Below are positions 35,935 to 45,705 of a DNA stretch of 64,000 nucleotides, in pieces. Made by a program: the position numbers and the translations under genes. This DNA is from Candidatus Acidiferrales bacterium. Lineage in GTDB: Bacteria; Acidobacteriota; Terriglobia; Acidiferrales; UBA7541. The DNA lies in assembly GCA_036401315.1 (NCBI GenBank), contig DASWVE010000043.1:37944-101943 (forward strand). The letters run 5' to 3'. Under the pieces are notes generated by a model. It was not told the DNA's origin. It saw only the letters and a list, made by a program, of their open reading frames with translations, and made no database searches. Position 1 is the first letter of the stretch. The number at the start of each line of letters is the position of its first letter.

Positions 35935-36022
35935 TCGCCAGGAATCACGTCACGCATTTTGCATTCGTAACGGAATCGGTTTCAGCTTTACCGAATCTAT
36001 CGTCAGCATCGAGGTCAGGAAA

Positions 36023-36469
36023 ATGCAGATCATTTTGCAGGAAGATGTCGAAAAACTCGGAACCCGCGGCCAGCTGGTCGAAGTCGCCGAAGGCTACGCC
36101 CGCAACTTCTTGTTGCCCCGCAAGCTCGCGCTCGAAGCCACCGACGGCAACATGAAGCGGCTCGAACGCATGCGCGCCACCTTCGCCAAGAAAGAAGCCA
36201 CCGAACGTGAAGCGGCCCAGAAGCAGGCCGACGCGCTTTCCGGCGTCTCGCTCGAAGTTTCGCGCAAAGCGGGCGAAGGCGATCACCTCTTCGGCTCGGT
36301 CACCTCGGCCGACGTCGCCGAACAGCTCCACGCCAAGGGCTACGAAATCGACAAGAAGAAGATCGTCCTGGTCGATCCCATCAAGGCCGTCGGCGAATAC
36401 GAAATTCCCATCAAGCTCCACCGCGAAGTCATTGCCAAGGTCAAACTGACCGTCAAAAAAGAAGAATAA
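36023..36469 (+). CDS. rplI: 50S ribosomal protein L9
   Basis: 148 aa. MQIILQEDVEKLGTRGQLVEVAEGYARNFLLPRKLA is canonical. Confidence 0.96.
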   Translation: MQIILQEDVEKLGTRGQLVEVAEGYARNFLLPRKLALEATDGNMKRLERMRATFAKKEATEREAAQKQADALSGVSLEVSRKAGEGDHLFGSVTSADVAEQLHAKGYEIDKKKIVLVDPIKAVGEYEIPIKLHREVIAKVKLTVKKEE

Positions 36470-36497
36470 CGCCGCACCAATTCTCCTTTTTCGTATC

Positions 36498-36535
36498 AAA
36501 GGCGCTCTGGATTTCAGGGCGCCTTTTCTTTTTCC
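36498..36535 (+). terminator. rho-independent terminator after rplI
   Basis: AAAGGCGCTCTG-gattt-CAGGGCGCCTTT forms a 12-bp stem with one G-U pair, followed by TCTTTTT. Confidence 0.65.
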
Positions 36536-36633
36536 ACTTTTCCGAAATTTTGCACAATGCACTGTGGCTTGCCCGAAACCGAACAAGGGTGCAGAATCGG
36601 AAGTCTTATTCGCGAATTATTCGAAAAAACTAA

Positions 36634-38004
36634 ATGCCTGGCGACATCACACTCGAACGCCCGCTGCCGCATAACCTCGAAGCCGAACGCAGCATCCTCG
36701 GCGCGGTCCTGCTCGATAATCACGCGCTCAACGCTGCCGTGGAAAAAATCCGCTCCGAGGATTTTTTCCTCCCCCAGCATCGCCAGATCTTCGAACGCAT
36801 GTTGCAGCTAGGCGAAAAGCAGCAGGCCATCGATATCGTCACCCTGATGGAGGATCTCTCCCGCCGCGGCGAACTCGAATCCGCCGGCGGCGTCGCCTAC
36901 CTTTCGCAGCTGGCCGACGGCCTGCCGCGCATCACCAACGTCGAGCACTACGCCCGCATCGTCAAAGAGAAAGCCGTCCTGCGCAGCCTGATTTTCTCCG
37001 CCTCCGCCATTCAGGAACAGGCCCTCGCTGCCGGCGACGATGCCGACGTGATTCTCGACCGCGCCGAATCCGTGATCTTCGCTCTCGCCGAAGATCGCGT
37101 CAAAGCCGGACTGATCGGCGTCAAGGAACTCGTCCGCGACAACTTTGAACGCCTCGAAAAAATCTTCAGCGAAGGCCGCCGCATCACCGGCCTCGCCACC
37201 GGCTACGCCAATCTCGATAACGAAACCGCCGGCCTGCAGCCTTCGGAGCTGATCATTCTCGCCGCCCGTCCTTCGATGGGCAAAACCGCGCTGGCTCTGA
37301 ACATCGCCGAAAATGTCGCGGTGCGCAACCGCGAGCCGGTGGCCATCTTCAGCCTGGAAATGTCCAAGGAATCCCTCCTGCTCCGCCTGCTCGCTTCCGA
37401 AGCTCGCGTCGACGCCCACAAATTCCGCACCGGCCACATGAATCGCGACGATTGGGGCAAGATCACCACGTCGCTCACCAATCTCGCCGAAGCCCCGCTG
37501 TGGGTCGATGATTCCGCATCCTCCACCGTCATGGAAATGGGCGCGAAAGCCCGCCGCCTGAAGCGCGATCGCGGTTTGTCCCTGATCATCGTGGATTATT
37601 TGCAGCTGGTCGTTCCCACCAATATGGGCCGCCAGAGCAACCGCCAGGAAGAAGTTTCGGGAATGTCCCGCGCGCTAAAGGGTCTGGCGAAGGAATTGAA
37701 AGTGCCCATTCTGGTCTTAAGCCAGTTGACCCGTGCGCCGGAACGCGAAGAACGCAAACCGCAACTCGCTGACCTGCGCGAATCGGGCGCCATCGAACAG
37801 GACGCCGATGTCGTGATGTTCATCAACCGCCCCAATTTTTACAAAACCGATTTGCCCGACGAAGATCGCGCCAAAGCCGAATTGATCATCGCCAAGCAGC
37901 GCAACGGTCCCACCGGAAATTTGAATTTCGTTTTTCTCGGCCGCCACACCCGCTTCGAAGAAGCCGCTCCCGACGCTTGGAATTCCGGTGGGCTCCAGGA
38001 ATAG
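36634..38004 (+). CDS. dnaB: replicative DNA helicase
   Basis: 456 aa. LPHNLEAERSILGAVLLDN. Walker A AARPSMGKTALAL. IIVDYLQLV. SQLTRAPE...DLRESGAIEQDADVV. Confidence 0.97.
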   Translation: MPGDITLERPLPHNLEAERSILGAVLLDNHALNAAVEKIRSEDFFLPQHRQIFERMLQLGEKQQAIDIVTLMEDLSRRGELESAGGVAYLSQLADGLPRITNVEHYARIVKEKAVLRSLIFSASAIQEQALAAGDDADVILDRAESVIFALAEDRVKAGLIGVKELVRDNFERLEKIFSEGRRITGLATGYANLDNETAGLQPSELIILAARPSMGKTALALNIAENVAVRNREPVAIFSLEMSKESLLLRLLASEARVDAHKFRTGHMNRDDWGKITTSLTNLAEAPLWVDDSASSTVMEMGAKARRLKRDRGLSLIIVDYLQLVVPTNMGRQSNRQEEVSGMSRALKGLAKELKVPILVLSQLTRAPEREERKPQLADLRESGAIEQDADVVMFINRPNFYKTDLPDEDRAKAELIIAKQRNGPTGNLNFVFLGRHTRFEEAAPDAWNSGGLQE

Positions 38005-38305
38005 TCCGGCTGCCGACGCGCCGGAAAAATCGTCTCACCGTCTTGCAATTCCCACACGCGTGTCGCCACGCCCTCGGTTTCACTCGACAAAACCTTCCTC
38101 GCATTAGACCTGCACTCCGACGAGCGTAAATAAATGCCCTATTATGTGCGAGTTAAGGGGTGGTGCACGGTGCGGCTAGCCGCGCCGCCCAACGGCCACC
38201 GCCCTGCAATAAACCAAGTGGATGTTTACCTAAACGGTGCGACCCTCGGCGCTCTTCCGAATTTTCGTCGCGCGGTGCGAAAGGACTCTGGCATTCTAAA
38301 AGACG

Positions 38306-39469
38306 ATGTCCAAAGCATTTCATTTCGAAGGCCGGCCCGTCTGGGCGGAAATCTCGCTCACCGCGATCCTCAAAAATCTCGCTTCGATCCGCAAACACGT
38401 CGGCCCGCAGCGCAAAGTTCTTGCCGTGGTGAAATCGAATGCCTACGGCCTGGGCGCCGTGCCGATTTCGAAAGCCTTGCAAAAAGCCGGCACCGAATGG
38501 TTCGGCGTCACCTGCGCCAACGAAGGCATCGAACTGCGCGACGCTGGAATTCGGCGCCGCATTTTGCTGCTCACCGGCTTCTGGCCCGGCGAAGAAAAGC
38601 GCCTCATCGAAAATAAATTGACGCCCACCGTGAGCCGTCTCGATGATCTCGGTCATTTGGAACGCGCCGCAGCCAAATCCTTCCGCGGCAAATCGCGCAT
38701 GCCGTTTCATCTGAAAATAAATACCGGCATGAATCGCCTGGGTATTGCCGCCGACGAAGTCGACGCCTTCTGCAAATCCCTGGCGAAATGCCCGCACCTC
38801 GAGCTCGAAGGCACCTACACCCATTTCGCTTCCGCCGAAGATTTCACCGCAAAACAAACTACCGACCAGGAATTACTGTTCCGCGGCTGCCTCGATCGCA
38901 TGAAATCCTTCGGCGTCTCCCCGGGCCTGGTGCACATGGCCAATAGCGGAGCCATCTCCGCCCGCCCGGAAACCTACGCCGACATGGTCCGTCCCGGCGC
39001 GATTCTCTACGGCTACTACCAGTCCTTCGATCCGCCGCAAAAAAAGCAGGAAGTGATCAGCCAGATGCCGCTCGAGCCTTGCCTCTCGTTGCGCGCGCGC
39101 ATCATTTCCCTGCGCGATGTTCCGGCCGGCGAAGGCGTCGGCTACGCCGCACGCTTCGTCACCAAGCGCCCGTCCCGCATCGCCGTCATCAACGCCGGAT
39201 ACGCCGATGGCGTGGTCCGCTCTCGCACCAATCACGGTTTTGCTTTGCTGCACGGTCAACTCGTCCCGCTGGTCGGCATCATCTCCATGGATCTAACCAT
39301 GCTCGACGTCACCGATCTTCCCCACGCCAAAATCGGCGACATCGTCACCATCTACGGCAAAGACGGCGCCGCCCGCATCGACGTCTCCGACGTAGCCCGT
39401 GAAATCGGCACCGTCACCTCCGACCTGCTCTGCTCCCTCGGCCGCCGCGTTCCGAAATTCTACGTATAG
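38306..39469 (+). CDS. alr: alanine racemase
   Basis: 387 aa. PLP-lysine motif VLAVVKSNAYGLGA. The MANSGA and SMDLTMLDVT motifs. dnaB-alr adjacency. Confidence 0.94.
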   Translation: MSKAFHFEGRPVWAEISLTAILKNLASIRKHVGPQRKVLAVVKSNAYGLGAVPISKALQKAGTEWFGVTCANEGIELRDAGIRRRILLLTGFWPGEEKRLIENKLTPTVSRLDDLGHLERAAAKSFRGKSRMPFHLKINTGMNRLGIAADEVDAFCKSLAKCPHLELEGTYTHFASAEDFTAKQTTDQELLFRGCLDRMKSFGVSPGLVHMANSGAISARPETYADMVRPGAILYGYYQSFDPPQKKQEVISQMPLEPCLSLRARIISLRDVPAGEGVGYAARFVTKRPSRIAVINAGYADGVVRSRTNHGFALLHGQLVPLVGIISMDLTMLDVTDLPHAKIGDIVTIYGKDGAARIDVSDVAREIGTVTSDLLCSLGRRVPKFYV

Positions 39470-39521
39470 CCGTACCCGTACTCCTACGGTGTCTCGTTGT
39501 GAAACACAATCCGCCTCTCGT

Positions 39522-39552
39522 TTGACTCCCTCTTCCTGCGCGGTGCTATACT
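39522..39552 (+). promoter_or_regulatory. candidate promoter TTGACT-19-(TGc)TATACT in the alr / yacL-like spacer
   Basis: TTGACT at 39522-39527 and TGCTATACT at 39544-39552, about 137 nt upstream of the ATG at 39689. Confidence 0.4.
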
Positions 39553-39688
39553 GTCCACTCATAAAGATTTCATAAGGTTGTTTTTCTTTTATCCCGGCTT
39601 CGCGCTGTGCCATTTCTTATTGCCGGTTTAGGCGTTTCGAGGCGTGCTGTCAGCGCAAACGTCTCCTTCATAACCACAAGGTGGATTC

Positions 39689-40945
39689 ATGCAGAGGAAT
39701 TTCAGTCCGCAGAGCCGCCCGCCCGCTCCTGCCGTTACTGAAACGGCCCCGATTCTAAAGCCTTCGGCTCCGCTTCGCGTTACTCCCGAAAGTGTCGGCA
39801 GTTTCTGGGACATGCTCGGCATCCGCATCGTGTTCCTCGCCGTGTGTGTCGCCGCCGGCTATCACTTCCGCCCATTCAGCGTTTCCCACGAAGCCGGTGT
39901 CGCCATCGGGTTTCTCTTCGGCCTCTGCGTAATTCTTTTTGAGTTGCGCCTGCGCCACGCCAGCCTCCGCCGCCTGATCGGGGCTTCGGTCGGCTCCGTC
40001 CTCGGTCTGCTCGGCGCTTACCTCACCTCGTTGATTTTGACCCACACCACCATGCCGGAGAGCACGCGCTCGTTTTTCAGCCTCGCCGCTTTTCTGGTCA
40101 TGGCCTACATCGGTGTGGTTTTGGGCGCCAACAAAGGCGACATGCTCAACCTACAGGCCCTCGGCGGCCTCTTCGGCAGCGAGCGCAGCCTGAAGCACTC
40201 CTTCAAAGTTCTCGATACCAGCGTGATCATCGATGGCCGCGTCGCGGATATTGCCGACGCGCAGTTTCTCGATGGCACGGTCATCATTCCGCAATTCGTC
40301 CTGCATGAATTGCAGCTCGTCGCCGATTCCGCCGATCCCTTGAAACGCCAGCGCGGCCGCCGCGGCCTCGAAGTTCTCCAGCGCATTCAGAAAATGGCGC
40401 ACCTCGAAGTGCACATTTCCGACGACGATTTTCCGCAGGTTCCGGAAGTCGACCTGAAGCTGATCGAGCTGGCCAAGCGCTACGACGCCAAAATCGTCAC
40501 CAACGATTACAACCTGAACAAGGTCGCCACCTTGCAGGGTATCGAAATTCTCAACGTCAACCAGCTCGCCAACGCGCTCAAGCCCGTTGTGCTTCCCGGC
40601 GAAACCATGCGCGTCTTCATTCTTCGCGAAGGCAAAGAATACAACCAGGGCGTCGCTTATCTCGACGACGGCACCATGGTCGTGGTCGATGGCGCGCGTA
40701 AAATGATCAACAAGACCATCGACATCACCGTAACCTCCGTGCACCAGACCACTGCCGGGAAAATGATTTTCGGCCGCTTCGACGATCGCGGCGAACAGCA
40801 GGTCCCGCGCGCTGCCGCTGCGGGCTCCGGCTCCACTGCTTCGGCGCAGCACCATGCCGAGCCCCAGCAACACGCTCCGCGTCCTGCCGAGGGTGGTGGC
40901 GAACGTCCGCCGCGGCCGCTCTATCCCGAATCGAATCGCTCGTGA
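39689..40945 (+). CDS. PIN + TRAM domain membrane-anchored protein (YacL-like)
   Basis: 418 aa. N-terminal TM helices. PIN core FKVLDTSVIIDGRVADI...VTNDYNLNKVA. TRAM-like GETMRVFILREGKEYNQGVAYLDDGTMVVVDG. Followed by ispD-ispF, as in Bacillus yacL-ispD-ispF. AGGTGG SD before 39689. Confidence 0.85.
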   Translation: MQRNFSPQSRPPAPAVTETAPILKPSAPLRVTPESVGSFWDMLGIRIVFLAVCVAAGYHFRPFSVSHEAGVAIGFLFGLCVILFELRLRHASLRRLIGASVGSVLGLLGAYLTSLILTHTTMPESTRSFFSLAAFLVMAYIGVVLGANKGDMLNLQALGGLFGSERSLKHSFKVLDTSVIIDGRVADIADAQFLDGTVIIPQFVLHELQLVADSADPLKRQRGRRGLEVLQRIQKMAHLEVHISDDDFPQVPEVDLKLIELAKRYDAKIVTNDYNLNKVATLQGIEILNVNQLANALKPVVLPGETMRVFILREGKEYNQGVAYLDDGTMVVVDGARKMINKTIDITVTSVHQTTAGKMIFGRFDDRGEQQVPRAAAAGSGSTASAQHHAEPQQHAPRPAEGGGERPPRPLYPESNRS

Positions 40946-40992
40946 CTCGGCCTCCCGCGGCTCGCAACTTGCGGTAGACTGTCTCCCCGGTT

Positions 40993-41709
40993 ATGACGCG
41001 CATTGCCGCCATCATTCCTGCCGCAGGCCTGGGCACCCGCATGGGCGCCCCGACGCCCAAGCAGTTCCTCGAACTCGACGGTATACCTCTCGTGATTTTC
41101 ACGCTGCGCCGTCTCGCCGCCTGTAAAGCCATCACCGATTTTTTTCTCTCCACTCGCGCCGATGATGTGGTTTCGCTGCAAGCCAAGCTGACTCAAGCCG
41201 CCATCGGCCGCCCCGCCCGCGTCGTGCACGGCGGCGATTCCCGCCAGCAATCCGTAGCCAACGCACTGGCGCAGGTCGATCCTTCAACCGAAATTGTCTT
41301 AGTCCATGACGCCGTCCGCCCCTTCGTTACTCCCGAACAAATCGATCGCGTCATCGAAGAAGCCCGCACCCGCGGCGCCGCCATCCTTGGCATCCCCGCG
41401 ATCGACACCGTCAAAGAAGTAAAACGCGCCAGCCTTCCGCCCGATGTCGCGCTCATTACCACCACCATTCCGCGTGAACGGGTTGTCTTGGCCCAGACCC
41501 CGCAGGCTTTTTCCTACAGCCTGCTGCGTGACGCTTTCCGCGCCGCCGAAAAAGATGGCCTCGTCGGCTCCGACGAATCCTCGCTGGTCGAACGCTTCGG
41601 CCACGAAGTCTTCGTCGTCCTCGGCTCCGAGCGAAATCTCAAAATTACCCGCCCCGCCGATATGGATCTCGCCCGTTTTTATCTCGAACAGGAGCGTGCC
41701 GGTAAATGA
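40993..41709 (+). CDS. ispD: 2-C-methyl-D-erythritol 4-phosphate cytidylyltransferase
   Basis: 238 aa. AAIIPAAGLGTRMGAPTPKQFLEL and VLVHDAVRPFV motifs. Confidence 0.95.
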   Translation: MTRIAAIIPAAGLGTRMGAPTPKQFLELDGIPLVIFTLRRLAACKAITDFFLSTRADDVVSLQAKLTQAAIGRPARVVHGGDSRQQSVANALAQVDPSTEIVLVHDAVRPFVTPEQIDRVIEEARTRGAAILGIPAIDTVKEVKRASLPPDVALITTTIPRERVVLAQTPQAFSYSLLRDAFRAAEKDGLVGSDESSLVERFGHEVFVVLGSERNLKITRPADMDLARFYLEQERAGK

Positions 41710-42179
41710 CCCGCTCGGGAATTGGCTACGATTCGCACCGCCTGGAAGCCGGCCGCAAACTGATGATCGGCGGCGTCGAGGTGCCCTTCGACAAAGGACC
41801 CGTGGGCCACTCCGACGGCGACGTCCTGGCCCACGCCTTATGTGACGCCCTGCTCGGCGCCGCCTCCCTCGGCGACATCGGCACGCACTTCCCGGATACC
41901 GACCCGAAGTGGAAAGGCGCGAACAGCTTGATTTTTCTCGAACACACTCGAAAATTGCTGGACGCGAAAAATCTGCGGATCACCCATCTCGATGCCGTGG
42001 TCATTTGTGAGCTTCCAAAACTCGGCCCGCATTTCCCCGCCATGCGCGCCGCGCTCGCGAATTCGCTCGGCATCACCATCGATCAAATCAATTTGAAAGC
42101 GAAGACCAACGAAGGCCTGGGCGAAATCGGTCGCGGCGAAGCTATCGCTTCGCACACCATCGCCACGCTCGAAGGCTAA
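41706..42179 (+). CDS. ispF: 2-C-methyl-D-erythritol 2,4-cyclodiphosphate synthase
   Basis: 157 aa. IGYDSHRL...GHSDGDVLAHAL...GDIGTHFPDTDPKWKG. ATGA overlap with ispD. Confidence 0.96.
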   Translation: MTRSGIGYDSHRLEAGRKLMIGGVEVPFDKGPVGHSDGDVLAHALCDALLGAASLGDIGTHFPDTDPKWKGANSLIFLEHTRKLLDAKNLRITHLDAVVICELPKLGPHFPAMRAALANSLGITIDQINLKAKTNEGLGEIGRGEAIASHTIATLEG

Positions 42180-42211
42180 AATTTTTCAGCCCGACTAACC
42201 AATCGACGCCC

Positions 42212-42961
42212 ATGAACTGGCTCACTGGATTTCACGCCGTGGAAGAAGCGCTGGCCGCCGGACGCCCGCTCGATCGCATCCTCATTGCTAAGGGCCGCCA
42301 CGGCGACCGCGTCGAAGCGGTCGTGCAGTTGGCCAAATCCAAAGGCGTCCCGGTGCGCTTCGAAGATCGCATTCAGATTGATCGCCTGGTCGGCACCCGC
42401 GATCATCAAGGCGTCGCCGCGATCGGCGCCGCGAAGCCCGCCGTCGATCTCGACGATCTGCTCGCCGCCAAAACTCCCCACGGCCTACTCGTGCTGCTCG
42501 ATGGCGTCGAAGATCCCCACAATCTCGGAGCCATCGTCCGCACTTCGCTCGCCGCCGGAGCCACCGGCATCGTCATCCCCGAACGCCGCGCCGCCGGCCT
42601 CACCGACACCGTCGAACGCGCCTCCGCCGGTGCGCTCGCCCACCTGCCCATCGCGCGCGTCACCAATCTGGTTCGAGCCATGGAAGAAATGAAAGAGGCA
42701 GGCTACTGGCTGGTCGGTCTCGATGAACGCGCCGAGCAGTCCTACACCAGCGTAGATTTAAAATCTTCGGTGGGAATCGTCCTGGGCAGCGAAGGCGAAG
42801 GTCTGCACGAACTCACCCGCAAGCGTTGCGATTTTCTGGTCTCGCTGCCGACCAGCGGCCCGGTCCGTTCGCTCAACGTTTCCGTCGCTGCCGGCGTCAT
42901 GCTTTTCGAAGTCGTTCGCCAGCGTCTCGCCGCCGCGCCGCAGCCGAAAAAGAACGCCTGA
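42212..42961 (+). CDS. rlmB: SpoU/TrmH-family 23S rRNA 2'-O-ribose methyltransferase (RlmB-like)
   Basis: 249 aa. N-terminal substrate-binding domain. LDGVEDPHNLGAIVRT, GSEGEGL and SLNVSVAAGV motifs. Confidence 0.88.
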   Translation: MNWLTGFHAVEEALAAGRPLDRILIAKGRHGDRVEAVVQLAKSKGVPVRFEDRIQIDRLVGTRDHQGVAAIGAAKPAVDLDDLLAAKTPHGLLVLLDGVEDPHNLGAIVRTSLAAGATGIVIPERRAAGLTDTVERASAGALAHLPIARVTNLVRAMEEMKEAGYWLVGLDERAEQSYTSVDLKSSVGIVLGSEGEGLHELTRKRCDFLVSLPTSGPVRSLNVSVAAGVMLFEVVRQRLAAAPQPKKNA

Positions 42962-42983
42962 CCGAACTTTCAGCGCACTCGCT

Positions 42984-43505
42984 CTACTTGTCGTATTGCA
43001 GCAGAGAAAAAACCTTCAGCCCCGGAAGTTTGGCGCGCCCGTTCAGAAAACTCAACTCCACCGCGAACGCCGCGCCAGCCACCGTCCCGCCCAATTCTCG
43101 AATCAATTTCACGGCTGCCGCCGCCGTACCCCCGGTAGCCAGCAGATCGTCGCAAATCAGCACGCTTTGCCCCGGCTTGATTGCGTCAGTGTGAATGTCC
43201 AGTTGGTCCGTCCCATATTCCAGTTCGTAGGTCACCGAAGTCGTCTTGCCCGGCAATTTCTTCGGCTTGCGCACCGGAACGAATCCCGCATTTAGCCGGT
43301 AAGCCAGCGCCGGAGCAAAAATAAATCCGCGCGCCTCGATTCCCGCAACTAAATCCACCTTGGTCCCGTTGTATTGCTCGCACAGCCGGTCCACCAGCGA
43401 ATGAAATCCCTTCGGATCCTTCAGCAGCGTGGTCAGGTCGTAAAATAGAATCCCGGGCTTCGGGTAATCCGGAATTTCACGAATCAACGCTTTCAAATCG
43501 TCCAT
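42984..43505 (-). CDS. apt: adenine phosphoribosyltransferase
   Basis: 173 aa. [18 protein letters not shown] and the PRPP motif [14 protein letters not shown]. Confidence 0.95.
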   Translation of the reverse strand: MDDLKALIREIPDYPKPGILFYDLTTLLKDPKGFHSLVDRLCEQYNGTKVDLVAGIEARGFIFAPALAYRLNAGFVPVRKPKKLPGKTTSVTYELEYGTDQLDIHTDAIKPGQSVLICDDLLATGGTAAAAVKLIRELGGTVAGAAFAVELSFLNGRAKLPGLKVFSLLQYDK

Positions 43506-43538
43506 TCAGGCCCTCGTTTTTTCGTAATTCGCAAATCT

Positions 43539-43847
43539 CTATCGTTCGATCGAGAAAAACTTCGCAAATCGCGGATCGATCTCCGCTTTTTCTTCCACCA
43601 CTCCGGATACGGTCGAGCCTTCCGGCCCGCGCCACAGTTCTTCCCGGAATTCTTTCAGCGCCTCCGCGGATCCGATGGCGTATACCTCCACCCGCCCGTC
43701 CGCCAGATTCTTCGCAAATCCCACCAACTGCAGCCGCTCCGCCATGCGCCGCGTGAAAAACCGGTACCCCACGCCCTGCACCGTCCCGTTCACCAAATAT
43801 CGCGCCGCTTTGCGGGACTCTATGCCTTCACTCACTGTGACTATCAC
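43539..43847 (-). CDS. acyP: acylphosphatase
   Basis: 102 aa. VNGTVQGVGYRFF...GFAKNLADGRVEV signature. Confidence 0.88.
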   Translation of the reverse strand: MIVTVSEGIESRKAARYLVNGTVQGVGYRFFTRRMAERLQLVGFAKNLADGRVEVYAIGSAEALKEFREELWRGPEGSTVSGVVEEKAEIDPRFAKFFSIER

Positions 43848-44002
43848 CCGTTCCGCAAACGCGAAATTTTAACAGACGCCGCAAACGGACCGAAGCACAT
43901 TCACTCTCCGCCCGTGCGTCGTCCGCTCGTGTATTCTATGCTTGGCGTCGGGCCAAACGCTCCCGCCCGCTCCTGCATCAAAGAAATTGGAGAGCCTTCG
44001 AA

Positions 44003-44890
44003 GTGTTTACGCTTTCAATTCGCGCAATGCTGGTTGGTGCGACGCTCACTGCGGCGATGCTGGCAGCCGCGATCCCGGCCCGCGCCCAGTCCGCCGGCCC
44101 CCAGGCCCCACCGCCAAAATTCGAAGTAAAACGCATCTCCGCCGATCCGCATCCCGGCCCCCCGCCCATCCCCGAACAGGAAATCATTCAGAAATTTGCC
44201 GCCAACGAAGACGTCATGAAGCGGATCTACGACACCTACAGTTTTCGGGAAAACATTCGTCTCGACGAGCAAACCGAACCCGGCGGCCGCTTCAACATCA
44301 CTGGCCTGATGTATAGCAAGCCCGATGGCCAGCGCTACTTTCGGGCCGAAGGCCAGCCCGAAAACACCCTGAAGCTCATGCACTTCTCGCTCGAAGACGT
44401 CCGCGCCCTTTCCACTATGCCGCTTTTCCCGCTGACCTCCGACGAAGTCAAAAACTACTCCTTCGTTTATGCCGGCCAGGAAAAACTGGACCATCTCAAC
44501 ACCTACATCTTCCAGGTGAAACCGAAAACCCTCAGCCGCAAAACGCGCTACTTCGAAGGAGTCATCTGGGTCGACGACCATGACTTCGCCATCGTCAAAA
44601 GCTACGGAAAATTCATCAGCGAACTCGAAGGCAACGGCACCGCGCTGCCTTTCACCATGTTCGAGACCTATCGCGAGAATTTTCAGGAGAAATACTGGCT
44701 GCCCACCTACACTCGCTCCGACGATTTCTTTAAATCCGATCAGACCACTGACGATCTCCCTCTGCGCCTGATCATCCACTCCACTGATTTCCAGCGCAAT
44801 GCTCCGGCTTCTGAATCCGCCCCCGCGACACCCGGGGAGTCGTCCTCCAAACCGGTCGCAGCTCCGCCTTCGACGCCGCCCCACCAGTAA
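44003..44890 (+). CDS. secreted LolA-fold 'outer membrane lipoprotein-sorting'-like protein
   Basis: GTG start with a GGAGAG SD. Signal peptide ...AAAIPARAQS. The pattern NTYIFQVKPKTLSRKTRYFEGVIWVDDHDFAIVKSYGKF is typical of this family. Pro/Ser-rich C-terminal tail. Confidence 0.65.
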   Translation: MFTLSIRAMLVGATLTAAMLAAAIPARAQSAGPQAPPPKFEVKRISADPHPGPPPIPEQEIIQKFAANEDVMKRIYDTYSFRENIRLDEQTEPGGRFNITGLMYSKPDGQRYFRAEGQPENTLKLMHFSLEDVRALSTMPLFPLTSDEVKNYSFVYAGQEKLDHLNTYIFQVKPKTLSRKTRYFEGVIWVDDHDFAIVKSYGKFISELEGNGTALPFTMFETYRENFQEKYWLPTYTRSDDFFKSDQTTDDLPLRLIIHSTDFQRNAPASESAPATPGESSSKPVAAPPSTPPHQ

Positions 44891-44995
44891 GCTTTAAATG
44901 GAAGTATTTCGACACACGCGCACTGATCACGAGTAAATACAGCTTGCGGAGAATTGTGGGACGGCCGAGTCCGGCGCGTTCGAGCCGCTGAAAAA

Positions 44996-45550
44996 CTACG
45001 CTGTTTTGTCTTTCCGCCCGATCACATCGCACCGGCGCATCGGCACTACATCGTCGCGGCGTAGCGCAAAATCGTCAAAGCTTGCGGCGTATCCGAACCA
45101 GCCCGGCATATCTACGGCATCGCACCTGACGATATGCGCCGCGGTGCACATCTGCACCCGGCCTTGGCCCATCGGGCGTTCCAGTAGCGCTACTTCCAGT
45201 TCAATCGCGGTCCCTGGCGGTAATATTCGGGGTGCCAAAAAATAAATTCCGCTGGAGCTGATGTTGCGGGTAACCAAAGTAACGGGGTAGGGTTCCGGTT
45301 GATCGCTCACGCGCAGCAAACGCATCGGCAAGGATAACGCCGCGCGTGGCGCTCTACGGCGGTCCGCCACCACTCCGACGGCGTGGGTCGGCACTCGCGC
45401 GAATCGGCGCGGTCCGGGTTTACCTGCTGGCGATGTTATGGGTACGGTATTGCTTTCGAAACTGCGTAGCGGAGATACAGATACCATCCGCTCTTTCCAT
45501 TGCGGAGCAGCCCCCATCGAACAGACCCCCAAGACCTGTTTGGACGACAT
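44996..45550 (-). CDS. PilZ-domain protein (putative c-di-GMP receptor)
   Basis: RRRAPR ... NISSSG are the two PilZ signature motifs (RxxxR and D/NxSxxG). The start is ambiguous (45550, 45517 or 45487). Confidence 0.75.
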   Translation of the reverse strand: MSSKQVLGVCSMGAAPQWKERMVSVSPLRSFESNTVPITSPAGKPGPRRFARVPTHAVGVVADRRRAPRAALSLPMRLLRVSDQPEPYPVTLVTRNISSSGIYFLAPRILPPGTAIELEVALLERPMGQGRVQMCTAAHIVRCDAVDMPGWFGYAASFDDFALRRDDVVPMRRCDVIGRKDKTA

Positions 45551-45568
45551 CCCCAGAGAGGTGGAACG

Positions 45569-45597
45569 AATATGCGCGGGCCAGGCAATACGGTCAA
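45569..45597 (-). promoter_or_regulatory. candidate sigma-70 promoter (TTGACC-17-CATATT) for the PilZ gene
   Basis: Minus-strand hexamers with a 17-nt spacer, 18 nt upstream of the ATG at 45550. Confidence 0.35.
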
Positions 45598-45681
45598 CCC
45601 TGTATGGGGCGAAAGTGCCCTATGATGTAACACCTTTGGTGCCCTCAAATTCAAGGGTTTTCCACCGCCTTCCACAGGGCG

Positions 45682-45705
45682 AAAGCGAAAGCGAGCCTTC
45701 GCTTT
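45682..45705 (+). promoter_or_regulatory. tandem AAAGCG motifs plus inverted copy upstream of ada (Ada-box-like)
   Basis: AAAGCGAAAGCGAgcctTCGCTTT. The E. coli Ada box contains AAAGCGCA. Lies 52-75 nt upstream of the first possible ada start. Confidence 0.25.

Noticed and set aside
36608-36617. Perfect 10-bp palindrome ATTCGCGAAT 16 nt upstream of dnaB
   Set aside because: It is too short to be statistically meaningful on its own. It bears no resemblance to DnaA boxes (TTATCCACA) or to another known operator.
38005-38305. 300-bp non-coding gap between dnaB and alr as an RNA gene
   Set aside because: I found only a short hairpin (TCCGGC...GCCGGA) and a weak TATTAT box. There is no tRNA cloverleaf and no RNase P, SRP or tmRNA signature. 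The ORFs here overlap alr out of frame. I make no call without covariance-model searches.
39689-40945. PIN-domain protein as a toxin of a toxin-antitoxin pair
   Set aside because: It is a large membrane-anchored PIN+TRAM protein of the YacL type in the conserved yacL-ispD-ispF arrangement. No small antitoxin gene is adjacent.
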